A stretch of 64,000 nucleotides of DNA from Octopus sinensis (GCF_006345805.1 NC_043006.1:69130001-69194000), one strand, 5' to 3'. Positions 12,984 to 27,838 are shown, counted from the stretch's first letter. A program made the numbers and translations. Notes: generated from the letters alone by a model not told the origin.

Positions 12984-13981
12984 GTCAGTATTCATTAGTT
13001 GGTTCAATCAAACCATTCTATGTACAATTTTTTGTCTTTTACATTTATACTCTCTACTACATGAGATGCGGTTATCTACCTATCTATCATTCTGTTGTTT
13101 GTCATTTTGTCTCTCTTGTTTCTGCTTGCTTAATAAACTATAAAGTATCTCTCTTCCTCCCTTCCGCTCTCTCTCTCTCCCCCCCTCTCTCTCTCTCTAG
13201 TTATATATATCAAAAGAGGAGATTGGAAAAAAGCTATACACCATTACATGTGTTTCATTTGCTAATAGGAGTTACGAAATTGTACATGCAGGAGAAACGT
13301 GTAAGGTATCTCCTATTAGAAATGCTTCTGAGAGATTATCAATTAGGTTTTGATATGTAATTACTTTGTAAAAAAATCGTTTTCCAGTATGTTTCAATTC
13401 TTATGCATGCCTCATACAAATATAATATCTACAAACAGTTCTAGAGTCCTGGTATAAGTAGATGTGACCCCAAAGGACACAGCTTGAACTTTCTATCTAT
13501 CTATTTTCCTTTCTTCCTTTCTTTCTTGTGTTTGTGTGTGAAATGCTAAGATTCAAATCGTGTGATGAACAGTTGGAACACTTTTGAAGCGATTGCTCGA
13601 TCAATACTGACCTAGTTATAAGCAGCAGCAACAATAGCAGCAACAGCATTTATGTTGTGCCTTACATCGTGCTTTACGAACATTGATTTTAATTACGCTC
13701 ATCAGATATCAGTTCTGAACGATATAGGATCGTCATATGTTACATCAACAGTTCCACTAGCGTTAACCGGCTATCATAAAGGTAGCGTCATGCAGCGGTT
13801 TCGGCTTTTGTATTTTGAGATTTTTCAGTGTGTGGTGTGTGTGAGAATAATGGTGAAATAAATGAAACTGACTTTGACAAGCCGTGGTGGGAAGCGCGCG
13901 CGCACATAAACATATTCGACGCGCTTCTTTCATTTTCAGTCTATCAGATCTACACATAAGGCTTTGGTAGACTCAAAGCTA

Positions 13982-15254
13982 TCAGGTCATTAAGAATGAA
14001 ATGTCCGATTTTCTTTTGCACCAAGTTTGAAAGTCGTTAACTCTAAATGTTTTACCCTAACAATTCTTTGTTTTGCAACATTGAAGAGTTACATCATCAC
14101 TTTTCGAAAGGCAATTCATGGTGTCTGATTATATTGTGAGTTTTCTCTTGTAAATCAATTTTTGTGAAACCATGGATGGATCAGAAATTCGTGTTTGAGT
14201 TCCGTCGTGGAATCAATGCATCCCAGACAGCTCGAAACATCAATGAGGTGTTTGGTGAAGATGTGGCGAATGAGCGCACTGTACGTAGATGCTCTGAGAA
14301 GTTCCGGTCTGGTGACTTTACTCTTGAAAATCAGCCCTGTGTTAAACCTGAAATCCAGGTGGATAATGATGAGCTGGAAGCTGTGGTGGAAGTGGATACA
14401 TCTCAAATTACGCGTGAATTAATAGCAAGGTCTGACGTTTCGATTCCAGCTGTATTGGACCATCCGAAACAAATCGGCTAAGTAAAGAAGCTGGACAAGT
14501 GGGTACCACACGAACTGAACGAGCATCAAATGACACGTCATCTTGAAAATTACTGTTCTTTGCTATCTCGGCATAAAAGCGAACCATTTTGTGCATAGTA
14601 TTGTTACATGTGATGAAAAATGGATTCTTTTCAACAACAGCAAGCGTTCTGTATGATGGTTGGATAGAAACGAAGTGCCAAAACACAATCCAAAACGAAT
14701 ATTCACCCCAAAAAAGTTAAAGTTGTTTGTTTGGTGGTCCAGCACTGGTGTCATCCACTACAGCTTCATGAGACCTTGTAAGTCAATTACAGCGGATTTA
14801 CATCAACCAATTGGGTGAAATGATGAGTGAACCTGCAATCAAACAACCAAAATTGGCCAATAGAGACAGGTCAATTCTCATGCAAAACAATGCTCGATCA
14901 CATGTTGCACAAAGAACGCTACTCAAGTTACAGGAACTGAACTTGGAAGTACTCTGTCATCCACCATATTCACCAGACCTTGCACCAACTGACTATCACG
15001 TTTTCCAGGTATTAGACAACTTTTTGCAAGGAATTCAAATCTGAAGAAGATAAGATGCAAAAACAGCCTTTCAAGATTTTATTACTTCTTGCTCTCCAGA
15101 ATTCATTGCTGCCTGCGTAAATAAGCTACCGAAAGAATGGCAAAGTTGTGTTGATAATTTAGGTGCATACTTTGATTAACTGCATTGCTTTTTGTTGAGA
15201 TAAAGTAAAATAAACTTTCAGTTCAAATCGGACATTTCATTCTTAATGACCTGG
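13982..15254 (+). mobile_element. Full-length, decayed mariner (Tc1/mariner) transposon in BAMBI intron 2, nested in a family-B SINE
   Basis: TIRs CAGGTCATTAAGAATGAAATGTCCGATTT / AAATCGGACATTTCATTCTTAATGACCTG are flanked by TA. Frameshifted transposase motifs: FRRGINASQTARNINEVFG, WVPHEL, IVTCDEKW, HPPYSPDLAPTDYHVF. SINE sequence continues on both sides. Confidence 0.95.
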
Positions 15255-18140
15255 TATATATAGTGGGAGACACTTGCGTAAGATGGCACGCAGTGGCACT
15301 AAACTCGGAACCATGTGGTTGGGAAACAAACTTCTTACCACACTGTCACGATTGTGTATATGTGATTCTGTTGTAGATTTGTGAATGCGTGTTATTGGCA
15401 ATGTATTCGCGTGATAATGTGTTGAGGTATATATGTATGTATGTATGGAAGTGTGTCTTTTTTTTATAATATTGTGTCAGTTACCATTTGAGTAATTAAG
15501 TATGTGTGTGAGTGTAAGAGTATGTGTGAGTGTAAGAGTATGTGTGAGTGTATGTGTGTGCGTGCGTGCGCACTAGTGAGCGACGGTACACGACAACAGT
15601 TTCGTTTGTCTCACGACTGTTACGGTTTGAGTCAACAATGAACTGCGCCGAGAATGTAACACACACACACACTCTCTCTCTCTCTCTCTCATCCACTCGC
15701 TCGCGCGTTGACAATGCGGCAATGTTTGGACGTGACCGGAGACATCTGGAATTCTGTCTTTGTTGGAACAGACGAAGTAGAAGTTGTCATTGTCTGTTCT
15801 CTGTTGTCATAATGTAGCTGGGTGGTGCATGCGGGGGAAGAGCAGAATCAAGTTTCTCATTGACCAATCAATAACGACCAATTCAAGAACATTACGCTCT
15901 ATCTTTAATGCCGTCGTCATCGCCGTTGTTGTTGCTATCGTTGTTGAACCCCAGGCTAACCCCGATCCTGCTGATCCATGATCAAAGTTGTTCCATTTAT
16001 GAAAATTTTTTCTTTTGCTTTCTTTTGTTTTGTTTTTTTTCTTTTTGTGCATGAAGGTCCACTGTGATTACACCTCCACAAACCTCATGTGGTATCAAAT
16101 ATACATTCAGCAGGGGATGGGGAATGTATATGAGTGAAACCCGACATCATTGGGCTGATCGCTTTTACCGGCAACTTCTAAATGTTTGTAATTAAACCCC
16201 AACCACATTTCCAAATTCGGGGACATCCCTGTTCGCTTAGCCATTTTCTTTAGTCATCTGTGTGTGTGTGTGAAACACCAAAGCATTCGGTGTACACCGG
16301 GAAATAATTCCTTACGAGTCAGGTTAGGTATGGGAGTATGCACCGTGCACCGTATCGCTGCATCCGCCATTTGTCGATATCTGTTCGGGTCGTCTCGAGC
16401 CGAGTCGCAATTAGTTACCATCTCGGCGAAATATTTAAGGGAGAGGAAAGCCGATTAGATCGATCACCAGTGCTCGACTGGAACTTAAAGTATACGTAGT
16501 ATACAAAATATATGAACACAGAAAGGAGATTCTAACAAGAGCCAATAAAGGAAACCCGCACATCATCCAACGTGACCGTGAGGCATGTGGTCGACCAACA
16601 CGAACTGTCGTCTCCTCAGGGTTTCCTTAGAAAACAACACCTTGCTTATATGTTTATTGCGAGGAAACTCTCGTTTAGAAGTGTTTCTCAAGCAATATTC
16701 CACCTATTTTACTCGGGTGGACTCTCCTAACCATTTTGATATTTCAAAATCCCTTTATAGTTTTAGATATTGTTAGAAGGCGGTGAGCTGGCAGAATCGT
16801 TAGGATGCTGCGCGAAATACTTAGCGGTATTTCGTTTACCACTACGTTCTGAGTTCAAATTCCTTCGAGGTCTACTTTGCCTTTCATCCTTTCGGGGTTG
16901 ATAAATTAAGTATCAGTTGAGAACTGGGGTCGATGTGATCCTACTATCCTCCTCCCGACAAAATCCAGGCCTTGTGCTTATAGTAGAAAGGATGATTAGA
17001 TATTATTAGGACTTGTATTTCAAAAAATTCCCAAGAAATATTTTGTGTATTATAGAACTATTACCAGTTTATTGCAGCACAGGAGAGGCTGTGTAGTAAG
17101 TAGCTTGCCTACCAACCACATGGTTCCGGGTTCATTCCCTTGCGTGGCGCCTTGGGCAAGTGTCTTCTACTATAGCCTCGGGCCGACCATAGCCTTGTGA
17201 GTGGATTTGGTAGACGGAAACTGAAAGAAGCCCGTCGTATATATGTGTATATGTTTGTGTGTCTGTGTTTGCCCCCCCCCACTCCCCGCAACATCGCTTG
17301 TCAACTGATGGTGGCGTGTTTACGTCCCCATAACTTAGCGGTTCGGCAAAAGAGACCGATAGAATAAGTACTAGGCTTACAAAGAATGAATCCTGGGATC
17401 GATTTGGTCGACTAAAGGCGCCGAGCTGGCAGAATCGTTAGCACGAAATGCTTAGCGGTATTTCGCCTGCAGTCAAGTTCCGAGTTCAAATTCCGCAGAA
17501 GTCGACTTTGCCTTTCATCCCTTTCAGGAACGATGAAATAAGTACCAGTTGAACACTGGGGTCGCTGCAGTCGAATATCCCTCTTTCCCTCGAATTTCAA
17601 GCCTTGTGCCCATAGTAGAAAGAAAGGGTTATCATTGCTAATACTCAACGGAATAAGAGGCTAAGGAGGATCCGGTGCAGTTCCTGTACTTTGGACATTA
17701 AATTAGGTGAGATTTTTGTGGTGATGTGATGAAGGGCGGCGGCGGTGAGGGATGCGGTCAGGTGCTTCCACACATCAAAACATTACAAGTATTGTTCTAG
17801 GGTTACACATCCCACCTCTCGCCACGTGGGTACAAATACATACATACATACATACATACATACATACATACATGCATACATATCCATCCTCAGGCGGAAG
17901 GTTGGTGGACTGCCACCTAAATGTCTTGTACCTTCCGCCCCCCCCTCACCGTCGCTGTCACCACCGCCATCGTGTCTCCTTGAAGGAAGACAAGTATTTC
18001 CTGTTCTGTTCTTCCCAGTGCCTCTCTTAAATGGCCGTTGTCTGACACTCAGATATTTGTCTTAAAAATCAGATTTGACTTCTTGTGTATGTGAATGCGT
18101 ATGTGTGTGCGCGCGCGTTATTCTATGCGTGCGTGCGTGA

Positions 18141-18183
<43 letters not shown>

Positions 18184-18389
18184 TGTGTGTTTAACCGTTT
18201 GTATATTAATATGCATTTGTAGAGCAGAGGTTCTTATTGTGTGTGTGTTATAGACAGATTGACATCTCCTTACAGCCCAACGACCCACACCTATATAGAC
18301 GTAATTACAGCGGAACTTCATTGTGGGAGTGTAAATACATGGAGACATTGTTGAATATAATAGACATTAAAATTTTATTATACACCTCG

Positions 18390-18427
<38 letters not shown>

Positions 18428-18764
18428 CGCAATCTGTACACCATAAAGCAGAGTAGACATCTCAGATACACCGGAGCAGAAGTTACTCTGAAATATGTAG
18501 ACACAGGAAACTAATGTTTTTATGACCGTGTTTCTTTCTCCCTGAGTGTGTGTGTGTGTGTACACACACGCTTGTTTATGTATTTAGAAATGTTTATATG
18601 TATTTATATACACGAAGAATCTAATTTATGAATACACATAAATGTACAGACGGTTGAACAAGTATTATATATATATATATATATGTATATGTATAGATGA
18701 TGTTCCGCCTGTATTTTGATTGTATTCTTAATTGTTGAATGTTAACTGTACATGAACTATCAAC

Positions 18765-18822
<58 letters not shown>

Positions 18823-19396
18823 CACATATATTTGATTATTTGTGTTTATTTATGTGCAGTTGAACATGTATATAAAAACGTATGACAACGAAAACAAGTC
18901 TGGCATAAATAGTTTATTGTACGCACGCAAACGCTTGCACGCGCAAGACATACCACGGCATAGAATCCACTTGTATATCGGCGACATGAACCGGACATGT
19001 TGCTAGGCCGACTGGTGTCAGGTTGACCCCACATTAATTTGGTACCAACTGCTGACAGCTCGATGGACTGATTGGTGAGCTTTTTGTCTTGGACTCAATC
19101 TAATTTATGTGGTCCCTTTTACTGACCAGCTACGTGTATTGATTGGTGGACTGGATTCTGAGACCCTGACCTCGTTGGTCTTTTATATTGGTCTCTTCAC
19201 TTGTGTCAGTTATTATAGACTGCGGCCTTGCTGAAGCACTGCGTTGAAGAATTTTTAGTCGAATGAATCGACCCCTAGTACTTTTTTGTTTACGCTTCGC
19301 ACTTATTCTATCGGTGTCTTTTTAGCGAACCGCTTATTTAGGGAGACATAACCACACTAATAATACTGGTTGTCAAGCGATGTGGTAGTAGACACA

Positions 19397-19461
<65 letters not shown>

Positions 19462-20497
19462 CGAGCTTTTTCTCAGTTCCTCTCTACCAAAGCCATTCAT
19501 AAGGATTGGTCGGCCAGAAGTTATATAGTAGAAGGCACTTGCCCAAGATGCCACGTAATGGAACTGAACCCGGAACCCTGTGGTTGAGAAGCAAGCTTCT
19601 TACCTCACAGTCACGCCTGCTCCTATTTACTAACAATTCGGCGAACTGATTGGTAAACTATCAGAATTAAACCACATTGATCTCATATTTGTTACAAATC
19701 GCTTGGTAAACTCACTAGTGACCTGTGGTCTGAGATTGAACCACGTTGATCTGGTACCTTCTTTTGGCAGCTAGGTGATCTAATTGGGGTCTGTGGTCTG
19801 ATATTGAACTGATCTATCTGGCAGAGCGTTCCAGTTGATCCGATCAACGGAACGTGCAAGTGGCTGAGCACTCCACAGACGCGCGTACATTTAACGTAGT
19901 TCTCAGGGAGATTCAGAATGTGGCAAATCTGGCCCTATGAAATACACGTACAACCCTTTTTTGCCGGCTGTGTAGACTGGAGCAACGTGAAATAAAGTGT
20001 CTTGCTCAAGAACACAACGTACCGTCGGGAATCGAACTCATGACCTTAGAATCGAGAGCTGAAAGTCCTAATCACTAAGCCACACGCCTTCATTATCTGG
20101 TACCGATTCCTATCATCTTCGAGTACTTATTTCTTATGGACACAGAGAGATGTAAGGTAAACTTACAAGTTTGTGATTTTAGTAATAAATTATTTTTCGG
20201 AACGTGGATCTCGAAACAGATAAAGCTATAAATAATAGCATATAGATATTAGGTTAAAAAGCCTTTGGATACAGAAAGTAGAAGAGTGCTCATTTCCCCT
20301 GTAAACGTGACAGGTGTTGTCCCACAGGTGACCTTTAACTTTTCTATTCAAAATGTGTTCTAGCCTAAAGTGTCTTGCTCAGGAACACAACGTACCGTCG
20401 GGAATCGAACTCATGACCTTACAATCGAGAGCTGGCGCTATTATTATAGCTTTATCCGCTTCGAGATCCACCGTTCCAAAAACGCCACATCTCCCCA

Positions 20498-20535
<38 letters not shown>

Positions 20536-20925
20536 TGACTGACTCTGTCTGCCTCTCAGTCGCTGGATTAAAATCTTTCTCGAGTCATGCAGACTCTCAG
20601 GGCATGTTTCCTCGGTTTCCGTGGCGCTTATATTTACCCCCGCTGGATGGGACGCCAGTCCGTGCGCTGGAATACTTTATTTCCCTGCTTAGTAGACTGG
20701 AACAGCGTGAAATGAAGTCTTTTGCCCAAGAACACAACGCATCGCCTGCTTTATGGATCGAAACCGCAAAATTACGATCATGAATCCACATACACCCACG
20801 CATATATATATATATAATATATATATATATTATATATATATATATTATATATATATATATACATACACACAGGTACACACATACATACGTGCGTACGTAC
20901 GTACGTACATACGCATGTATGTATG

Positions 20926-20960
<35 letters not shown>

Positions 20961-21548
20961 CAGCCGACATCACTGTAGACACCTCTTCCGCTACTACACC
21001 CATTCTTACTGAATATATATTTTCCTGTTTGGCTACAACTCGTCGCCATAGTATTATTACAGTATACAGACATGTTGACAGCCAGTCAGTTCCAGGTTGG
21101 CTGGCAGCTTTGTAAAACTTTGTATTGATGGCCGGCTCTCTTACCTTCGTACAGCCACGAATGCACTCGTACATATATATACATAATATGTATCTGCCTG
21201 CGTACATTTCTGTATGAATATGCTCAGTTTTTTTATGCATGTGTCACTCTTTTATGTATGTGTATGGCTGCGACTGTGTAAAGGCATACGTGTAGGACTA
21301 TATAATACACACACGCAAATATACAAAAGTAAATACGTATATATGTATGTTTGTTTACCTATATATGCGTTTGAATGTGCATATATATATATAGTACAAA
21401 GTAAGATAGGGGTTATGAAATGAATTTTTTCCTCCATTTTCTTATTTGTATATAATATATATATATTTCAGAAAAAGGGACGAACGAACAAGATATGTTT
21501 ATGAATATATTTGTATGCTTGATTTTGGGTTTTGTCTCTCCTTTCTGT

Positions 21549-21591
<43 letters not shown>

Positions 21592-22551
21592 TATATGGTT
21601 TGTATTTTTAGACTTTCTACTGTAGATTTGTATCACTCTCCATTTTTTCTTTCTTTTATCTTTCTCCCCCCTCTCTCTCTCTTCTCTCTCTCTCTCTTTG
21701 TATCTACCCATATGTGTATATGTTATGTGTGTGGGTAAGCGTACACACGTATGCATCAGTTATATTTTTAAACAGAATTTAGGGTGTGCTTTTCTGCCTT
21801 TATCTCTCTCTCTCTCTCTCTCTCTCTACATATATACGTGTGTATGCGCATATATTTATATACGTACATGTATATGTGTGGAGAGAGAGAGAGAGGTGGG
21901 AGAGAATTATGCTAGGTCAGTTGTATTAGATAAATATGTGTGTGGGGAGAACTTATATTTTTTTTAATTAGTTTCACATATATATATATATTATATATAT
22001 ATATATACACACATATAATACACACACATACACTCGTTCAACACACGATACGTGTGATATGATATGTAAGCATACATACATACGTACATACATATGCGTG
22101 TGTGTAAATTTTAGAAACTGTTTGTAGTGTTCGTCTGTCATATATAAATAAGTTAATCGTTTCCACTGGATTAAATATGGCGCCGTTCAGATCACCTTCA
22201 GTTTCCGTTTGTCTTGGTCGCCATCTTTACCCAGCTCCAATCTAAGCAGCATTTCGACTGTGTATCTCGTATAGCGTATATCAAATATCGCTGGCAGACA
22301 GTGGAGCTTCTCCCTAATGTCTGGCTCCTATAAATATAATCATCCGCAGACTAAGTTATATGTACATATATACTACAGGAGAAATAAATGCATACTGACA
22401 TATATAAACCAATACACACACACACACACACACACATACACACACACACACATACACACACACTTCAGTCGCAAACACACTAAAGTAACACGCACAAGCA
22501 CTGCGCAAGTTGTTTGGTAATGTCCTGAAGACCACACACGTATACTCATAA

Positions 22552-22605
<54 letters not shown>

Positions 22606-23045
22606 CTATATACGTGTATGTGTACACATACACACACACACACCAATACTCAATTCTCTAATCCCAAACATGCATAATTATTGACAGCCATAAACACAAA
22701 AATGTTACACAGAGCAGTACATACAGGGCCCTGTGTGTGCATATATAAGCATTTATGTATGTATGTACGTATGTATGTATGTATGTATGTATGTATGTGT
22801 GTGTGTGCATATGCGAATGTATAGTTATGTGCGTGTGTCTGTGTGCGTGCACGCATATAGACAGGCACATACATAGAAACACACTTACGGAAGTACGTTT
22901 GTGTGTGTGTGTAATATATGCAGTCTCAGAGAAACACAAAAAGATATTACTAGCTACAAGCGTGTATAAGCACATTAGCAATTCCCCACACAATCGCTCC
23001 TGCCCATCTACTCCTGCATAGTTGCAAGTAATGTATGTATGTATG

Positions 23046-23077
<32 letters not shown>

Positions 23078-23170
23078 ATATTATATATATATATAATATA
23101 TACTTTATTTTAAGCAGCAGAAAATTCAACAAAATCTGTTACTCTGAGTTTCTCGTTGCCGTTCATCATA

Positions 23171-23201
<31 letters not shown>

Positions 23202-23411
23202 ATATACACATATACTATAATACTTGCGTGGTGTGTTTCTGCATGTTGTGCATACATGTATTGCATTGTGAAAGAAAGAAAAAAAAAAGCAAACAAAAAC
23301 AAACCTGGATAACTGAATAAATATATACACATCACTAGCGTTCATGCATGAAGAGACATCTTTCATTGTTATTCTTTCACTCTCTCCCCCGTTTGTGTAC
23401 GTATATCCACT

Positions 23412-23442
<31 letters not shown>

Positions 23443-23984
23443 CACACATACATACATACATACATATATAGTTCTTATTTATGAATATGTGTATGCTTAT
23501 GTATATATGTATGTGTATTTAGTTTTACATACATACATATATATATATATATAATATGCGAAATATGGGCAAAGATTTCGAGGAACTGTCATTGTTTGTG
23601 ATATAAATAATGTACGTCTTGTTTATTTATTAGAGTTCTTCCTACAAGGAAGGAGCTGGTTTCTTACAAAGAAACAAATCTGCATTCCTGTATTTTTTTT
23701 TTGGGCGGGGGGTAATAAAAACACACGAATGGCATTTGAAAACGTCTTGCATATTTTTACTGTTCCACTTACATATTTGTACTGAAGTGTTTGTTTGCTC
23801 GGGCGACACGTTGTGTTCTTGAGCAAAACATTTCATTTCACGTTGTTCCAGTCCACTCAGCTGGCAAAAATGAGTAACGCTGCGATGGACTGGCGTCCCG
23901 TCCAGCTGGGGAACACATACACCATTGAAACCGGGAAACTGGGCCCATGAGCCTGGCTAGGGTTGAAAAGGACGCATTTATTAG

Positions 23985-24290
23985 TGGAGGCGCAATGGCC
24001 CAGTGGTTAGGGCAGCGGTCTCGTGGTTGGAAGATCGCGGTTTCGATTCCCAGACCTGGCGTTGTGTATGTTTGTTGAGCGAAAACCCCTAAAACCTCCA
24101 CGAGCCTCCGGCAGGGGGGGGGGCTGTTGTACTCCTTCACCCCAACTTTCTCTCACTTTCTCTTCCTGTTTCTTGAGTAACGCTGTGATGGACTGGCGTC
24201 CCGTCCTGCTGGAGGGAACACATACGCCACAGAAACCGAGAAACTGGGCCCATGAGCCTGGCTAGGCTTGAAAAGGGCACATAAATAAAA
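23985..24290 (+). mobile_element. tRNA-derived SINE family C
   Basis: GGAGGCGCAATGGCCCAGTGGTTAGGGCAGCG...GGTTTCGATTCC carries A/B-box-like motifs. Related copies are at about 39555-39790 (+) and 45930-46260 (-). Confidence 0.75.
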
Positions 24291-26050
24291 AAAATAAATA
24301 AACCAAGTGTTCTGATAATTACTGGTATAAACGTGAATTTTTTATCAGGCTATAGGAGCAGCAGATTTTGAAGTAGTTCTTTTTTTTTTTTTTTTTTTTC
24401 TTCTTATTTTAAGCATTTGACTGCAGCCATGCTGGGTTACTGTCTTGAAGAGTTTTACTCAAAGAAATCTACCCTAGGAGTTACTTTTTTGAAACCTAAT
24501 ACATCTTCTATTGGTCTATTTTGCAGAACCGTTAGATTATGGGAACATAGACACATCAACACTGGTTAACACACACACACACATATGATGAGCATTTTTT
24601 AGTTTCCATCTGCTAAATCCACTCTCAAGGCTTTGAACGGCCCAAGGCTGTAGTAGAAGACACTCGTCCAAGATGCCATGCAGTAGGATTGAACCCGGAA
24701 CCATGTGGTTGGAAAGCAAACTTCTTAATCCCACAGTCACACCTACAAAAGTGGTAAAGGATAAAACTGATGTCTCTGGATGGTTACTCTTTATTCAAGA
24801 CATACTGACCACCATATATTACCCGTGCTTTTATCAGGCAATGATGGATGTGCTCACATGAGCTGCTAGAAGTAGCAGCTAAGTCTCTGTGATACGTCAC
24901 TTTCAGGACATATTGTGTTCTCAGACACATTTTAATTAAAAACAAAAAACAAAACAAAAAAAGTAATAATAGGGATAGTCATGGATGGATCTCATTTGAT
25001 CATAGATTGACTCATTTATGATTGAACTAGAACTAAACAAGAACTAACTGTAATTCTTGCTATGTTTAGTCTCTCCTTTCCCTCTTCCTTTCTGCACATA
25101 CATACATATGAATAAGCACACACATATATACATACATATACACACGTATACATATCTACCTATCTTTGTTTTTTCTTTCTCCAGCACTTACACAAACGTG
25201 CTACTCAAGTTTCATGGAGTAGCAGTTACCTGCACTCTGAAAGAGTACAAATTTTCTTTTGAGTGCAGATATATGCTGTGCCGTGAAATTTAAGTAATGT
25301 ATTTGTCTATCTTAAATACTGTATAAAAGATCAGTTAACTCTTAACAGAAGTATTGAGTTCTCTCTATTTGTGGAATATACACACAGTGATGAGTGTTAT
25401 ATAGCCACTATGTATATATATACTGATTATTGCTGTGTACTTGCATGTGTGTTTGTTACAGTGTCTGTGTGGGTGTGTATATGTCAGTTACTTTATAAAG
25501 ATGTAAGAGAGACAGACACTGAGGGGACAAACTGACTGACAAGGCATGGTGTCATTTTGGCTCCCATAGTGCCAATGCTTATAATAGGGTTTGCTAGAAG
25601 ACTTTATTTCTTTTCGCACTTCAGCAGGACAGTATACTCATCTTTTGAAGATATAAAAAATGTTATTTAGGGCCAAAACAGTGGTCATTTTAAGGATGAT
25701 AGAAATACTGTATGGATTTTTGCTGTCATTATTTTGCAATGGTTAATGAAACATAACAAAGTACATCAAATGTAATGCTCATTTATTTTTGCTGTTTTGA
25801 ATTATTCATGCATTATGTTGTAGCTTAAAAATTTTGATGAAGTGATTGTTATTATAAGGTCAGAGTGAGAGGCCAGATCTGGCTTGTTTGAACATATAAC
25901 AGAATATTTGGGTCTGATATAACCATTTTTAAATGCTAAATGGTTAAACAAATATGATGGTCATAACTAGAAGGCCTTTGATATTTGTTTTGCCTGGCTG
26001 TGGTTATCCTAGAGCTGAATAACAACAATAATACATTTGATAGTATATAG

Positions 26051-26251
26051 CAGTGGTTTTCAACCAGGGTTCCGCCAGTACAGTCCAAGGGTTCCGCAAG
26101 AAGTTACAAAACTGATAAAACCGGCAGTAATTTTTAAGTCTCCTGTGCAGATATGTGTGCATAAGACTATCAAATTATTGCAAAGGGGTTCCTCGAGCCA
26201 GTGGAATGTTTCCTTGGGGTTCCGCTCCAGCAAAAAGTTTGAAAAGCACTG
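26051..26251. mobile_element. hAT (Charlie-type) MITE
   Basis: TIRs CAGTGGTTTTCAA / TTGAAAAGCACTG, with a perfect 8-bp TSD GTATATAG at 26043-50 and 26252-59. Confidence 0.9.
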
Positions 26252-26320
26252 GTATATAGACTATTTCTTTGTGTGTACCATTCAATACAAATGTATTTAC
26301 TTTTTGTTTTTGTTTTGCAG

Positions 26321-26757
26321 GACGTAAACAGAACCAGATGTCTTACACAGGGAATTACCCAGAAAGAAATGAAAATCGAGACCTCTGGTTTAAGGCCGCT
26401 GTGATAGCCGTACCAATCGCCGGTGGATTTATCCTTATTCTCCTCGTACTTGTTGCCGTACGAATGTTACGCTCAGACAGTCAAAGACACAGACGCCTCG
26501 TCGCTGACCGGCGAGGACGCTCTCTAACGAAAGCGCAGCTTTATGTAGCCGATCATTTCAACGACAAAGATCACGGTTTTGCATCGCCGTCGTTCGCTGA
26601 AAAGGCTGTGCATTTATATAAAGATGTTAATTCAAAAGTGGACAGAGATGGAAAAATGTACGAACGAGTGCGGGACAAAGACATTCAACAGAAACTTTCA
26701 CCTTCGGTGATTGTTTGGGGTACACAAGCGAAAAGAGACTTTGCTACAGTTGTATAG
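26321..26757 (+). CDS. BAMBI: BAMBI terminal coding exon 3 (transmembrane helix plus short kinase-less cytoplasmic tail)
   Basis: The acceptor tttttgttttgcag| joins in phase 1 to give G|GA-CGT (GRKQNQM...). It contains DLWFKAAVIAVPIAGGFILILLVLVAVRMLRS, nearly identical to BAMBI ELWFRAAVIAVPIAGGLILVLLIMLALRMLRS. It ends ...SVIVWGTQAKRDFATVV-TAG. Confidence 0.95.
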
Positions 26758-27838
26758 TAATTATAATAATTATAATAATACTAATAATAATTATATTAAT
26801 AATAATAATAATAATTCAGTTAATATTGAGAGGATATGGACTTGGCAGAGAACTGGACAAATACTTGACAGTATTTAGTTTCATACTATGACATCCTGAG
26901 ATCAAATCTCAACGGGGCCAACTCTGCCTTTCATACTTGATGGGGTTTGAAAAAGTATGTACCAGTATTATACTGGGGCTTCGATATACATACCGTTGCT
27001 CATAAGAAAACGTGGTCCTGTATGTGTTTGTATGTATGTATGTGTGTGTGAATGTGTCTGAGACTTAGTCAAAACAATAACACAGAGAAGAGAACTGTTA
27101 TAACAATAATAGTAATAACTATATTTAATGTCATTATTGTTATTATTATTATTAATAATAATAACGATGATGATAATAATAAAACAGGGTTTGGGAGCTT
27201 CGACAACTTGTATATATTTATTTGGCTAAAGTCTATGTGAGGTGTCTGGTGTTGAGTATTTAGTTTGTTGTCACAGGAGTGAAGGCATAAATGTATATAT
27301 AATGTGTGTGTGTCAGATATGAATACATACATACATATGTATATATATGTATGCATGTATGTATATATGTATAATGTTTGTGTGTATTTATGTAATTACT
27401 ATTATTAAAGGAGAGAGAGAAAGTAGAAAAACGAGGAAGATGATGAGGTGATGAAGCTAGTTGCTTCCTCTTTATACTCCCTGTTTAAGTACTGTCATAG
27501 CCCCCCCCACTTCTGTTTAATTATTTCTGAAGTTAGTTGGTCAGTTAAGTAAAGTGCTGGTCAGGTGTTGGTTCAGTATAGTGAATTACTTGCCCAGATC
27601 CTCTTCCAACAAAATTTCCGAGCTCCTTCTTGTATTAGATCCCTGCGAGTATTGCAAAGAAGAAAATTAGCTGCATTGATGTAACCAATCTCCAAGGTTC
27701 TGCGGTGGTCATGGGGTCAGCTCCTTCTTCCAGATCAACAATTGGAGGGTCTACAATGGCAATGTGAGCTGCCCCTTTCTGCCAGATCAACCATTAGAGA
27801 GTCAGTCATGGCCAGAGTGATGTCTCCTTCCTCTAGAT

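Noticed and set aside
12984-13360. Read-through extension of ORF 12686-13360
   Set aside because: It is intronic after the GT donor and runs into (CT)n. The BAMBI similarity resumes at 26321.
18980-19005. p53-family response element (CGACATGAAC-C-GGACATGTTG)
   Set aside because: Too many mismatches to two RRRCWWGYYY half-sites to support a call.
23985-24060. tRNA genes at SINE heads
   Set aside because: A/B boxes are present, but no complete cloverleaf was seen and the sequence continues into SINE bodies.
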